Assembly (NCBI GenBank): GCA_963666275.2
Contig: CAXXOA010000001.1
Span: 896,001 to 960,000 of the forward strand
DNA length: 64,000 bases
Direction of reading: 5' to 3'
From: Oceanispirochaeta sp.
GTDB lineage: Bacteria > Spirochaetota > Spirochaetia > DSM-2461
The position numbers and the translations under genes are program-made. Below, piece after piece: positions 28,104-37,990 of this stretch (position 1 is the first letter of the stretch; every line of letters starts with the position of its first letter). The notes under the pieces were generated by a model that was not told the DNA's origin, searched no databases, and worked only from the letters and a program-made list of their open reading frames with translations.

Positions 28104-30377
28104 ATGGGTATTATTAGTATTATTACTCTTATCCTATACTGGGTATTGAGTATACTCTGGGCTTTTATTTTCGCATTTTACATCACGCGCCTGAGAAAGA
28201 AAAATATCCGGAATTCCATGTTTGTCATCCTTTTTACAGTTTTGAGCTTTGATGCGTTCCGGACCCTTTTCGAAAGCGTTTATTTCGGTCTCACTCAGGC
28301 CTCTCTCCGGGGAGTCATAGAAGAAAAATATTTCAGAGTCCTATATTCTTCCTGGGCCACTCTGATTCCCAAGGGGCTCAACCTTGCCGTTGCGATTACC
28401 GTCATTGTGATCCTTCTGAAAAAATGGGTTCCCCGTGAAAGTGAACGTCTCTGGCAGTACCGCAGTACCATTTCCTCTAATGATTTTCTTCTCAATCAGC
28501 TGCCTGTTTCTGTTATCATTACAGATCTGAACGGGAAGATTGAGTACGTAAACAGATACTGTACGGAGCTTACCGGGTATTCGGAGGAGGAACTTCTCGG
28601 CGCTTCGCCCGGGATCCTCAAAAACAGCCGGAGCAGAAGTACCGATTACAAAGAACTCTGGGAAACCATCTCTGCCGGGAAGGTCTGGAAAGGGCGCTTT
28701 CTCAATCAGAAAAAAGACGGGACTCTCTACTACGAAGATGCTGTGATTTCTCCTGTGTTCAATGATAACGGTGAAGCAACCAACTATCTGGGCATAAAAG
28801 AGGACATTACAGACTCTGTAGAGATGCAGAACTCCTATGAGAAAGTTCATACTGTGGTTGAGCAGACCTATGATTCGGTGGAGATCCTGGACCGGCAGGG
28901 AAATATAGAATATGTGAACAGAGCTTTTGTGAATACCACAGGCTATACAAAAGAGGAGGCTCTGGGAAAAAATCCGCTGGAGCTGTTCTGGGATGGAAAT
29001 ATGGAGAATAAAACCCTTCAGGAGGATCTTTGGAAAACAGTGAATCAGGGCATTCCCTGGACAGGCCGGTTTACCAACAGGATCAAGGACGGGAGTTATA
29101 TAACTGAAGAGCTGAGCACCTCTCCGGTGTTCAACAAAAGTGGAGAAATTATCAATTTTGCCACAGTGAAAAGGAATATTACAGAACAGATCAGAGCCGA
29201 AGAGGAGCAGAAACTGATCAAGGATCAGCTTTTCCATGCCCAGAAGGTGGAATCTGTGGGGCAGCTGGCAGGAGGTGTGGCCCATGACTTCAACAATATT
29301 CTCAGCAGCATAATTACGGCAGCCTCTCTCCTGGAGGATCCTTCACGAAACCTGGATGAGAAGAGCCGGAAATATGTGGATATGATCATGAAGTCGTCCT
29401 ATCGGGCTGCAGATCTCACAGGACGGCTGCTCAGTATCAGCCGGAGGGGAAGGTCAGAGGAAAAGCCTTTTTCCCTGCAGGACGTGGTAAAGGAAACGAT
29501 TAATCTTCTCCATTTTTCCATTGATAAGAAAATAAGCATCACTTCGGAAGTTAACATCAAAGATGATATTGTCTTCGGAGACCAGTCTGTCCTTCAGAGC
29601 TCTCTGCTGAATCTTGGGATCAATGCCAGTCATGCCGTGGGGGGGGATGGGAAGATTCATTTTACTCTGACCGGCCAGTATCTGGACTCCAAATACTGTA
29701 AAGCCAGTCCTTTTGCCATCTCTCCCGGAGAGTACTGCCGGCTTTCTGTCTCGGATAACGGCGAGGGCATTCCGGAGGAAAACATCTCTCAGATTTTCGA
29801 TCCCTTTTTTACGACTAAAGAGAGCGGCAAGGGAACAGGTCTGGGACTCTTTTCCGCCATAAATGCTGTGAAAGAGTTCAAAGGAGAGATTTCGGTTAAG
29901 AGCAGGGTCGGAGAGGGGACTGTTTTTACTATTTTCATTCCCCTTGCCCAATCTATCGAAAAGGGAGAGGCTCCCACTCCTGACTCCCTCAGGGGGAGTG
30001 AAACGATCCTGATTGTGGATGATGAGGAGTTCAACAGGAGCCTGGGAAAAGAGATTCTGGAATCTCTGGGATATACGGTGCTGCTGGCGGAGAACGGAGC
30101 GGAAGCTCTCACTCTATACGAAAAGTCTCATGATTCTATAGATCTGATAATTCTTGATATGAACATGCCTGTTATGGATGGCCGTGACGCCTATATAAAA
30201 ATTCATGAAATCAATGAAAACGCCAGAATCATTCTGGCTTCGGGTTATGCGGATGATAATAAACTGAAGGATCTGTTTGACCTGGGGCTGCAGGATTTCC
30301 TATCAAAGCCCTACAGGATTTCTGATTTCAGTTCTCTGATAAGAAAGGTTCTGGACCGGTCCATTATAACGGACTAA
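28104..30377 (+). CDS. Hybrid histidine kinase: 3-TM sensor, two PAS, HisKA, HATPase, REC
   Basis: Hydrophobic N-terminus, two IEYVN PAS repeats, [26 protein letters not shown]. Confidence 0.9.
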   Translation: MGIISIITLILYWVLSILWAFIFAFYITRLRKKNIRNSMFVILFTVLSFDAFRTLFESVYFGLTQASLRGVIEEKYFRVLYSSWATLIPKGLNLAVAITVIVILLKKWVPRESERLWQYRSTISSNDFLLNQLPVSVIITDLNGKIEYVNRYCTELTGYSEEELLGASPGILKNSRSRSTDYKELWETISAGKVWKGRFLNQKKDGTLYYEDAVISPVFNDNGEATNYLGIKEDITDSVEMQNSYEKVHTVVEQTYDSVEILDRQGNIEYVNRAFVNTTGYTKEEALGKNPLELFWDGNMENKTLQEDLWKTVNQGIPWTGRFTNRIKDGSYITEELSTSPVFNKSGEIINFATVKRNITEQIRAEEEQKLIKDQLFHAQKVESVGQLAGGVAHDFNNILSSIITAASLLEDPSRNLDEKSRKYVDMIMKSSYRAADLTGRLLSISRRGRSEEKPFSLQDVVKETINLLHFSIDKKISITSEVNIKDDIVFGDQSVLQSSLLNLGINASHAVGGDGKIHFTLTGQYLDSKYCKASPFAISPGEYCRLSVSDNGEGIPEENISQIFDPFFTTKESGKGTGLGLFSAINAVKEFKGEISVKSRVGEGTVFTIFIPLAQSIEKGEAPTPDSLRGSETILIVDDEEFNRSLGKEILESLGYTVLLAENGAEALTLYEKSHDSIDLIILDMNMPVMDGRDAYIKIHEINENARIILASGYADDNKLKDLFDLGLQDFLSKPYRISDFSSLIRKVLDRSIITD

Positions 30378-30946
30378 TACCCGGTTTCGGGTTTCAGCTT
30401 TTTATATAAGGGAAAGAGCAGAAGGACTGCAATACCCTTGTCTGCAATGTTAATCAGGATCCGTCCCAGAAAAGCTGCAGTAAAGAAATTCTGGCCGGCA
30501 ACAATAACAGCCCGGATTACCGAGTCAATCCGTTCGTCGGTAACTCCTCCGAAAAGGATATACACAATGACCGCACCGGAAAATGAGTTGACAAGAGTCA
30601 GCGTTAATATCAGCCAGAGTGCTCCAGAGGCTTTTGAAAGGGTCCCGTACCGGACATGGAGCCAGGTAACCAGAGCGGAAAGCATATTCACAAGGGCAAA
30701 GGGATAGAGGTAGCCGGGAAAGCCCCGCAGCACCTCAAGAGTCAGGTTTGTGAGCAATCCTGTCAGCAGCCCCGGGATCAGTCCCAGTAATCCCGCATTG
30801 AGGATCGTGAAAACCGAGTCTAGAAAAAAGGGAATTTTCAGCACAGTTGCAAGCCAGTTCAAAAAGCAGTTCATTAAAACTCCCAGGATCACTGCTGCTG
30901 CCTGAAAGGGAAGACTTCTGGTCTTTTGTAATATTTGGGCAAACAT
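30374..30946 (-). CDS. ECF S-component-like membrane protein
   Basis: Multi-TM; IPFFLDSVFTI..GLIPGLLTGLLTN; NIADK. Confidence 0.6.
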   Translation of the reverse strand: MFAQILQKTRSLPFQAAAVILGVLMNCFLNWLATVLKIPFFLDSVFTILNAGLLGLIPGLLTGLLTNLTLEVLRGFPGYLYPFALVNMLSALVTWLHVRYGTLSKASGALWLILTLTLVNSFSGAVIVYILFGGVTDERIDSVIRAVIVAGQNFFTAAFLGRILINIADKGIAVLLLFPLYKKLKPETGY

Positions 30947-31003
30947 ACTTTTTTAAATCTTAATGGCACAGCCCGGAAAAATCCATAAATTTTTACTGAT
31001 AAA

Positions 31004-32338
31004 TTAGGAGCTTTCCAACATCTTCTCCAAACCTGTCCAGCCATACAGGGCACAGCCGCAGGCGGCTTCCTCCTGAAGATCCGATATAATCAGCTCAGAT
31101 TCAAAAAGCTTTTCTATCAGATGGCGTACCAGAGGGTTCTGTCTTATTCCGTTTCCCGACCCGACGATTCTTTTATTATAAAAGTCCCTATCAAGACCAT
31201 TCCGGGTCAGAAGGCTTTTCAGTTCATTCACCATGGCCTCTGCAAAACCATGCATCAGATTGTAGGGTGTCAGGTTATCAAGATCAATATTTTCTATGGC
31301 TCCCCTGATCTCGGGGTTCTCTCTGGTTCCGTTAAAATAGGGGAGTACCTTCAAAGGAGTAGGGGGAGGGGTGATCCTCTGAGAATCTATGATCCTGTAC
31401 ATCTCTTTCCTGGAAGGGTTAAATCCGAAGTAGCTGAGTACCTGGCTGAAAAAATCCACAAGCAGATCAAAGGATTTTCCTCCTGCCAGAGTGGAGCCTA
31501 CCACAAGGTTGCCATCCGGATAGGGACGTACTTCCAGACCCTTCAGTGAAGAAGGGATTTCCTGCATCAGGAGCGAGACCTGACCGCCTGTTCCCAGATT
31601 GACAAGAAGAGTTTCTTCCCTGTCCTTCATGGTACCATAAAAGCTGGCCTGGTTATCTCCCAGTGACTGAAAGACCGGGACTCCTTCCGGGTCTTTCCCC
31701 ATGGGGGAATAGAAGGGCACTCTATCCGGGAGGAAATCGGCATTTCCCCAGAGAGTTTGAAGGGCATCCAGTCTGAACTCTCTGGTGCTGATATCGTACA
31801 GCCCGAAAGAGGCGGCTTCACTGGGATCTATGGTGGCCCTGGAGCTGCCGCACATTTCCATTCCCAGATAGGTTCCGATGCTTACAATTTTCTCGGCCTG
31901 CTCCGGCACAAGGCTGTTCCGTGTATTGTAGTAGTGTGTGCAAAGGGCATAACCGGCAAAGATGGAGTACCCTGTTTTTTCCGATATTATATCTCTGGCG
32001 CTTTTTCCCGATTCCAGGGGGATAGCTCCTCTGCTGTCCTGCCATGTATAGAGAGGACTTACGGATTTGCCCTGTTTATCGACATAAAGGAATCCGTGCA
32101 TCTGGCTGCTGATCCCGATCGACTGGACCGGTTCGGGAGATATCCCTTTCAGTTCATTGACAATTTTCAGAGAGGTTTCCAGGATTATCCGGGGATCCTG
32201 AATCTTTTCCCACTCTTCAGCAGATTTCAAACCGGCTTTGCTATTGATGGAAAGGGCTTTGATAATCTGATTCTTTTCTCTATCCAGCAGGACTCCGGCT
32301 ATTTTTGTGGTCCCTATATCTATTCCAAGAATATACAT
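31004..32338 (-). CDS. FGGY-family sugar kinase, sedoheptulokinase-like
   Basis: GIDIGTTK, SQMHG, YTWQDSRG, LGDNQASF, VNLGTGGQ, GSGNG. Confidence 0.85.
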   Translation of the reverse strand: MYILGIDIGTTKIAGVLLDREKNQIIKALSINSKAGLKSAEEWEKIQDPRIILETSLKIVNELKGISPEPVQSIGISSQMHGFLYVDKQGKSVSPLYTWQDSRGAIPLESGKSARDIISEKTGYSIFAGYALCTHYYNTRNSLVPEQAEKIVSIGTYLGMEMCGSSRATIDPSEAASFGLYDISTREFRLDALQTLWGNADFLPDRVPFYSPMGKDPEGVPVFQSLGDNQASFYGTMKDREETLLVNLGTGGQVSLLMQEIPSSLKGLEVRPYPDGNLVVGSTLAGGKSFDLLVDFFSQVLSYFGFNPSRKEMYRIIDSQRITPPPTPLKVLPYFNGTRENPEIRGAIENIDLDNLTPYNLMHGFAEAMVNELKSLLTRNGLDRDFYNKRIVGSGNGIRQNPLVRHLIEKLFESELIISDLQEEAACGCALYGWTGLEKMLESS

Positions 32339-32486
32339 TCCTACTCCTTCTTTCTCTCCTATTTTTACATGACTTTCTTATTTTATAAAGGAGAGATTAT
32401 GGAAATGTTCTCCATCCCGGGAATTCGCTGCAGAACAGGCTGATAGAATACGGAGGGGCTACTGTAATGGACGTTTTTTTTAGTCT

Positions 32487-34079
32487 TCAGCTTATATAGG
32501 GTGGCATTCTCCTCTGTTCCCCAGTGAAATTAAGGAGGAAATCCTCCCGGGGAGTGTAATCGACTTTCTTTGACTCCTCAGTTTGAGCAGCTGAGGAAGC
32601 AGCCGGTAGGTATACTGATACTTCGGTTCCCCTGTTCTGCAGGCTTTTTATGCTTATGGAACCTTTCATTTCTTTGACGAGTTCATTGATGATGGAAAGA
32701 CCCAGTCCTGTCCCTTCCCCGGGGGCTTTGGTTGTAAAATAGGGTTCGAATACCTTTTCCAGCAGTTCCTCTCTGATTCCAGCTCCCGTATCACTGATCC
32801 GTAAATGAACATAGTCGCCCTGTTTTTTATCAAATGGATGGTTGACTGTCTCAGTTCTCTGCGAATTTTCAAGAGAAACTGTGATCAATCCCCCGGCGGA
32901 GCCTATGGCCTGCACGGCATTGGTGATCAGGTTCATCCCAATCTGATGAATATGGGACTGAGGAGCCAGGACAGGGAAACAGTTCTCATCAATTTTTTCA
33001 ATTATCTCAATGTTTTCGGGAAGGACGACCCTGCTGAGACTTATTATTTCCGCAAGAAGATCCTTCAGTTCCACAGTTTGTTTTTCCATATCAGTATGCC
33101 TGCTGAAGTGAAGGATCTGGGAGGTCAATTCCTTACCCCTGATCCCTGCCTGATGAATCTTTTCCGCCTTTTCCCAGTCCCTGCTTTCTACAGGGAGGGA
33201 GTCGGTAAGCATTTCGGCAAAACCAATGATCGGGGTGAGAATATTTTTAAAATCATGGGCTATCCCGCCTGCCAGTTTCCCCAGAGCTTCCAGCCTCTGG
33301 GTCTGAATCAGTTTCTGGGCCAGCTTCTGATTTTCCTCCTCTCTTGCTTTCAAGGGGGTTATGTCTGTGTTGACGCAGAGGATTCCTGTGATTCTCCTAT
33401 TTTCATCATAGACAATGGAGGAACTCCGAAGAACTGTTTTATATTCTCCGTTTTTATGCCGCAGTCTGACCTCTGTGACAATCCTTTCCGGATCAGGTAG
33501 TGTCAGGATTCCCTCAAATTTCTCAAGAAGGCGCTTTACATCATCCGGATGAAGGTATTCTGCCAGATTTTTTCCGATCATTTCCTCCTTCCTGTAACCC
33601 AGAAAACGGCTGGAATTGCTGCTTACGGCCACAATCATTCCCGATATATCCATAACTTCAGCACCATAGGGGAGGATATTGAACAGATTTTTGAATTTCT
33701 CTTCATTAAAACGGGACTTTTCTATGGCTTTTTCAAGATGGCAGTTCCTTTTTTTAAGGTGGAAAATGAGCATGCCGATTACCAGGCCGTATAAGCTGCC
33801 CATCACCATGGGGGTTATAAAACCTTTAAAATGGAGAGGGAGGTTCACGTAGAGTTTCTGAAACACCGAAGAGATGCAGAGAGAAAGCATCCCCAGCAAC
33901 ATATACTGGAGAATATAGAGGGCAAGGAGAACCCTGTCAGGTTTGATAAAAAAACGTTCCTTTTTACCGATTAAAAGTATCCGGGTTAGAATGATTTCAA
34001 AAATACCTGAAAACAGAATAATCCAGACAATTATTTTTTCCAGAAACTGCGGAATCATATCCTGCCACTCGCTTATCAT
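32487..34079 (-). CDS. Membrane PAS histidine kinase
   Basis: Three TMs, HPDD PAS, AHDFKNIL, GEGTGLGL. Confidence 0.88.
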   Translation of the reverse strand: MISEWQDMIPQFLEKIIVWIILFSGIFEIILTRILLIGKKERFFIKPDRVLLALYILQYMLLGMLSLCISSVFQKLYVNLPLHFKGFITPMVMGSLYGLVIGMLIFHLKKRNCHLEKAIEKSRFNEEKFKNLFNILPYGAEVMDISGMIVAVSSNSSRFLGYRKEEMIGKNLAEYLHPDDVKRLLEKFEGILTLPDPERIVTEVRLRHKNGEYKTVLRSSSIVYDENRRITGILCVNTDITPLKAREEENQKLAQKLIQTQRLEALGKLAGGIAHDFKNILTPIIGFAEMLTDSLPVESRDWEKAEKIHQAGIRGKELTSQILHFSRHTDMEKQTVELKDLLAEIISLSRVVLPENIEIIEKIDENCFPVLAPQSHIHQIGMNLITNAVQAIGSAGGLITVSLENSQRTETVNHPFDKKQGDYVHLRISDTGAGIREELLEKVFEPYFTTKAPGEGTGLGLSIINELVKEMKGSISIKSLQNRGTEVSVYLPAASSAAQTEESKKVDYTPREDFLLNFTGEQRRMPPYIS

Positions 34080-34175
34080 GGATTTGGAAACAGTTTTATA
34101 GTATTGAAGTCTTTAGATAAATTATAAGCGAATGCCGGTAAACAATTCAAATATTCCGGAGGATTCTTTTAAGAA

Positions 34176-35354
34176 TCAGTTCCCCCTCATTTCACTTTCG
34201 GGAAAATCTCTTCCCAAAGGAGCAGGAATGTTAAAACTGCTTTCAATATTTATATATCTGCTCTCTCTGGCAGCCTCTAAAATACGCGTCATCACTTCCA
34301 GAGAGTGATAGGCCATATCACCACTGGCTCTATGAGGTCTGTTGTCTCTTATTGCCAGAGCCATATCGATCAATCCAATCCCTCTGCTGTTTTGCTGGTG
34401 GGATGTCGAGGTAAAGGGAAAGTCTATGGGAACGTTTATCCAATCAGAAGGATTTTCCTGCCGGGGAAAGCTGTTCCATCGGTATTCTTTTTTTGTCCGT
34501 AAAAGGATGGGGCCTCCGAAAATATTGGGGCCATCCAGAGGATCTGGATCATTCAGGCATATGGTTCCTTCCGTTCCATATAGTTCCAGTCTGGGCATTT
34601 CGGATTCCCAGACATCGAAGCTTGTAATGATATTTGCAAGCGCACCGTTATGAAACTCCAGATTTCCGATAATATGGGTATCCACTTCTACATTGATTTC
34701 TTCCTCTTTGTGAGGGCCTGTCGGAATTTTTCTCGGATTAAATGTTTTTCTGGACATTCCGCTGCAGCGTTTTACCGGTCCCAGAAGAGAGAGCAGAGCT
34801 GTCATATAATAAGGGCCTATATCCAGAAGAGGGCCTGCACCGGTCTGGTAGAAGAAAAAGGGATTGGGATGGAAAGATTCCACCCCGTGATAGAGGCAAT
34901 AGGCTCCCGCACCGATGACCTCACCGATGACTTTTCTGTCCAGGAGGTTTCTGACTGTTTGCAAACGGCCCCCCATAAAGGTATCCGGGGCACATCCGAC
35001 ATATAGTTTTTTTTCCTTTGAGAGCCTGATAATTTGTTTCGCGCCCTCCAGATCAGTCCCCAGAGGCTTTTCGGTATAGATATGTTTTCCAGCCTGGAGG
35101 GCTGCAATATTATAGTAGCTATGTACGGATGGAGGTGTAAGGTTCAGTACAATATCTATCTCAGGATCCTGAATGAGCTCCTCGCCTGAACTGTAAGCCC
35201 TGGAAATATGAAACCTGTCTGCTGTGATCCGGGCCTTTTCCAACCCCCTGCTGGCGCAGGCATGAACCTCAACAATGTTGTATTTTTTAAGGTTATTAAT
35301 ATATTTATCGCTGATATCTCCTAAGCCGATAATTCCGACTTTATAGTTCTTCAT
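34176..35354 (-). CDS. Gfo/Idh/MocA oxidoreductase
   Basis: GIIGLGDIS, GKHIYTEKP, CAPDTF, DIGPYY. Confidence 0.9.
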   Translation of the reverse strand: MKNYKVGIIGLGDISDKYINNLKKYNIVEVHACASRGLEKARITADRFHISRAYSSGEELIQDPEIDIVLNLTPPSVHSYYNIAALQAGKHIYTEKPLGTDLEGAKQIIRLSKEKKLYVGCAPDTFMGGRLQTVRNLLDRKVIGEVIGAGAYCLYHGVESFHPNPFFFYQTGAGPLLDIGPYYMTALLSLLGPVKRCSGMSRKTFNPRKIPTGPHKEEEINVEVDTHIIGNLEFHNGALANIITSFDVWESEMPRLELYGTEGTICLNDPDPLDGPNIFGGPILLRTKKEYRWNSFPRQENPSDWINVPIDFPFTSTSHQQNSRGIGLIDMALAIRDNRPHRASGDMAYHSLEVMTRILEAARESRYINIESSFNIPAPLGRDFPESEMRGN

Positions 35355-35558
35355 CGTAATCCTCCCTATTTATTGTCAGAATATCATACCATTGTTTTCC
35401 CTGTCTTTCCATAAAAATCCGAAAATGTAAAAAGGAATGAGAAGGGACATTCCTGTAGTTTTCAGCCTGTAATTTCATGAGAAAATAAAAAACCTAACAT
35501 TTTTTTAATTTTATACATGGAAAGATATTAAAGGGTTCATCGATTTTTCGGTGACAGT

Positions 35559-35574
35559 TGGCACCGGTTTCGCA
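35559..35574 (+). promoter_or_regulatory. sigma54 -24/-12 promoter
   Basis: TGGCACCGGTTTCGCA (GG-N10-GC). Confidence 0.6.
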
Positions 35575-35610
35575 TAGATAATGGTATCTGAATACCAAAG
35601 GATTGATTTT

Positions 35611-35922
35611 ATGAATGTATTTCCTCCGAAACCACTGGGATTTATTAAAGAGGGTCTTGAAAAAATGGGGCAGGATGTCTCTTATGTGTATGAGGACCTT
35701 GTTTTCCCGACCCATACGGCTTTTCTCATTCAGTTCGGAAAAGAAAATTATGAACTCAATATCTATTTCAATGAAGAAACAGATCCTGACGAGATCGCCT
35801 CCCTGAAAGAGTTTCTCAAAGATATTCTGGCTGCTGATATCGGTTTTTCTCTGGCCTTCATGGGAACCTTCCTCCTCGAAGAGGCGGAAAATGAGGAGCT
35901 GAAAATACATTTTACAAGTTAA
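35611..35922 (+). CDS. Small acidic hypothetical protein
   Basis: ORF in intergenic gap; start moved to ATG 35611 (AAGGA RBS, downstream of sigma54 site). Confidence 0.7.
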   Translation: MNVFPPKPLGFIKEGLEKMGQDVSYVYEDLVFPTHTAFLIQFGKENYELNIYFNEETDPDEIASLKEFLKDILAADIGFSLAFMGTFLLEEAENEELKIHFTS

Positions 35923-35982
35923 AATTAGTTGAGAAAAAATTGGTGAATCCGGAGAAAATCTATTATAGTAGATTTTATTCCT

Positions 35983-37068
35983 ATGAAAAATTTAAAAAGA
36001 CTCTCTACCATCCCCAATCTGCCTCTTCTTTCCGGAGTACTGATATTTTTTTCTGTGATACTCCTTTTTAGCTATATCCAGTACAGCTCTTCTCTGAATC
36101 TCATCAATATGGAAAAAGATCTGAGAAAGACGGTTTTTGATCTGTATCAGGCAGAAGACCATCATCAGCTGCTTCAGGTGTACAGTGATCTGCAGAAAAT
36201 GAAAGCTTCCCGCAGACTCTCCCTTCTCTACAGGACCATATACGGGAAAGGGATGGAAACCGGTGCTGATGTCATTCCCACCCGTGAGAGCCTCAGACAG
36301 AATCTGGCTGAAATCGGAGAACTCCTTGAAACCTGCAACAGGGAGCAGAATCGCACCGTTCTCATACTCTTTTTTTCACTGGTAGCCATGTCTCTGATCC
36401 TGGCAATCTTTCTCACCATATCAGTAGTGGAAACTGGCAGAAACCTAGAGAGAGAGGAGTATCAGCATCGTATGGATCAGATGCTGATCCGGTCCCTGGA
36501 GGAAGAAAGGAATCTGCTGGCTCTGGAACTGCATGATGATGTAGCCCAGAAACTGGCTCTCATCAGTCAGCATCTCCATCAGGAGGAGAGGGGGCATACG
36601 GATCTTCTCAAACGGTATAACCGGGATATTATTGACAAAATAAGAACCATGTCCCACTCCCTTCGTTCTCCCGAATTTAACACTGTAGGTCTTCAGAAAC
36701 AGATTGAATCTCTTGTTGCAGATTTCAGATCCCTCAGCTCCATCCAGGTCAATATAGAAGTGAACGGTCTGTCTGTGCTTCATCTGGATGATCAGCAGAA
36801 ACTCCATGTCTACAGGATCATTCAGGAGCTGCTTACAAATTGCCGGAAACATTCCCGGGCAGGGAATGTTTCCATCAGGATCCTCTATGTTCATCCGGAA
36901 CTCCGGATTTTCTACAGGGATGATGGAATCGGAATGGAAAAAAGGGACTCCCGGGAATCCATGGGATTGAGAGGAATCGACTACAGATTGAATATTCTGA
37001 ACGGACGGATGATCATGAAGCAGGAAGATGGGCTGAAAATCACTTTTACAATTCCGGTGCCGCTATGA
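35983..37068 (+). CDS. HisKA_3 (NarX-type) sensor kinase
   Basis: ERNLLALELHDDVAQ, YRIIQELLTN, DDGIG, GLRGI. Confidence 0.9.
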   Translation: MKNLKRLSTIPNLPLLSGVLIFFSVILLFSYIQYSSSLNLINMEKDLRKTVFDLYQAEDHHQLLQVYSDLQKMKASRRLSLLYRTIYGKGMETGADVIPTRESLRQNLAEIGELLETCNREQNRTVLILFFSLVAMSLILAIFLTISVVETGRNLEREEYQHRMDQMLIRSLEEERNLLALELHDDVAQKLALISQHLHQEERGHTDLLKRYNRDIIDKIRTMSHSLRSPEFNTVGLQKQIESLVADFRSLSSIQVNIEVNGLSVLHLDDQQKLHVYRIIQELLTNCRKHSRAGNVSIRILYVHPELRIFYRDDGIGMEKRDSRESMGLRGIDYRLNILNGRMIMKQEDGLKITFTIPVPL

Positions 37069-37679
37069 AAAAAATTCTCCTTGTGGATGATCATGAACTG
37101 ATCTATACCGGTCTGAAAAACACTATCCCGGGCTATGAAATTCACTATTCCAGTTATCTGGAAGAGGCTGTCGGAAAACTTGAAAAACAGGACTATTATG
37201 CTCTGATTCTGGATATTTCCATCGGGTATGCCCGGGGATTTGAACTGCTTAAATGGATCCCCGACTGCTCCCATGTTTTTTTTCTGAGTATGCATAAGTC
37301 TCCCCAGTTTATAAAACAGGCAAAAGAATCCGGAGCAAAAGGATATTTCCTGAAGGACGAACCAGTGGATCTCCTTCTGGAGGCTCTGAGAAATCCGGAA
37401 GGCAGAACTTTCTGGATGTCGGAAAATGTAGAATCTGTGCTGCAGAACAGCCGGGAGGAAATGGCAACCAACTATGATGCATTAACTCCCCGGGAACAGC
37501 AGATCTTTTCTCTCCTTGCTCAGGGTATGGGATACTCTGAAATTGCCAGGCTTTTGAATATCAGCAAAAAAACGGTTAACAATCATCGGGATCACATCTA
37601 TAAAAAACTTGAAATTTCATCCCAGACCCAGCTGGTTCATGAAGCTCTGAAACTGGGAATCCTTGATATAACTTTTTAG
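37065..37679 (+). CDS. NarL/LuxR response regulator
   Basis: LVDDH, LDIS, LTPREQQI, KTVNNHR; ATGA overlap with kinase. Confidence 0.92.
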   Translation: MKKILLVDDHELIYTGLKNTIPGYEIHYSSYLEEAVGKLEKQDYYALILDISIGYARGFELLKWIPDCSHVFFLSMHKSPQFIKQAKESGAKGYFLKDEPVDLLLEALRNPEGRTFWMSENVESVLQNSREEMATNYDALTPREQQIFSLLAQGMGYSEIARLLNISKKTVNNHRDHIYKKLEISSQTQLVHEALKLGILDITF

Positions 37680-37990
37680 CACGCCCTGTCCCCGTCTGTT
37701 AAATATTTATCGTAAAGCCATAGAATTATATCAACTGTATTGCAGAGAAATGACGTTTCCTGCCGATTCAGAAATGTACTTTTCCTTCCTTCAGTTATGA
37801 GTGTTTCCGGATTTTCTTCTCAACAGTCTGTGCCTGTCAAATTGCAGATAATTCTCTGCTGTATGAGCAGTTAAAATATTCATATGAGAATTTCTGTGAA
37901 AAGGCAATTCTGATTATTTATATATTATATATAACTACCTATAATCCATTTTAAAATTTCAAAAAATCATAAAAAAAGGAAATCTATTCT

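Noticed and set aside
30964..30980. TGGCAC as a sigma54 promoter (also on the minus strand near 61825)
   Set aside because: No GC at the -12 position
37680..37990. NarL-type sites or sRNA upstream of the CZB-MCP (TATGAG x3, GAAA-N5-TTTC)
   Set aside because: Short motifs in AT-rich DNA with irregular spacing
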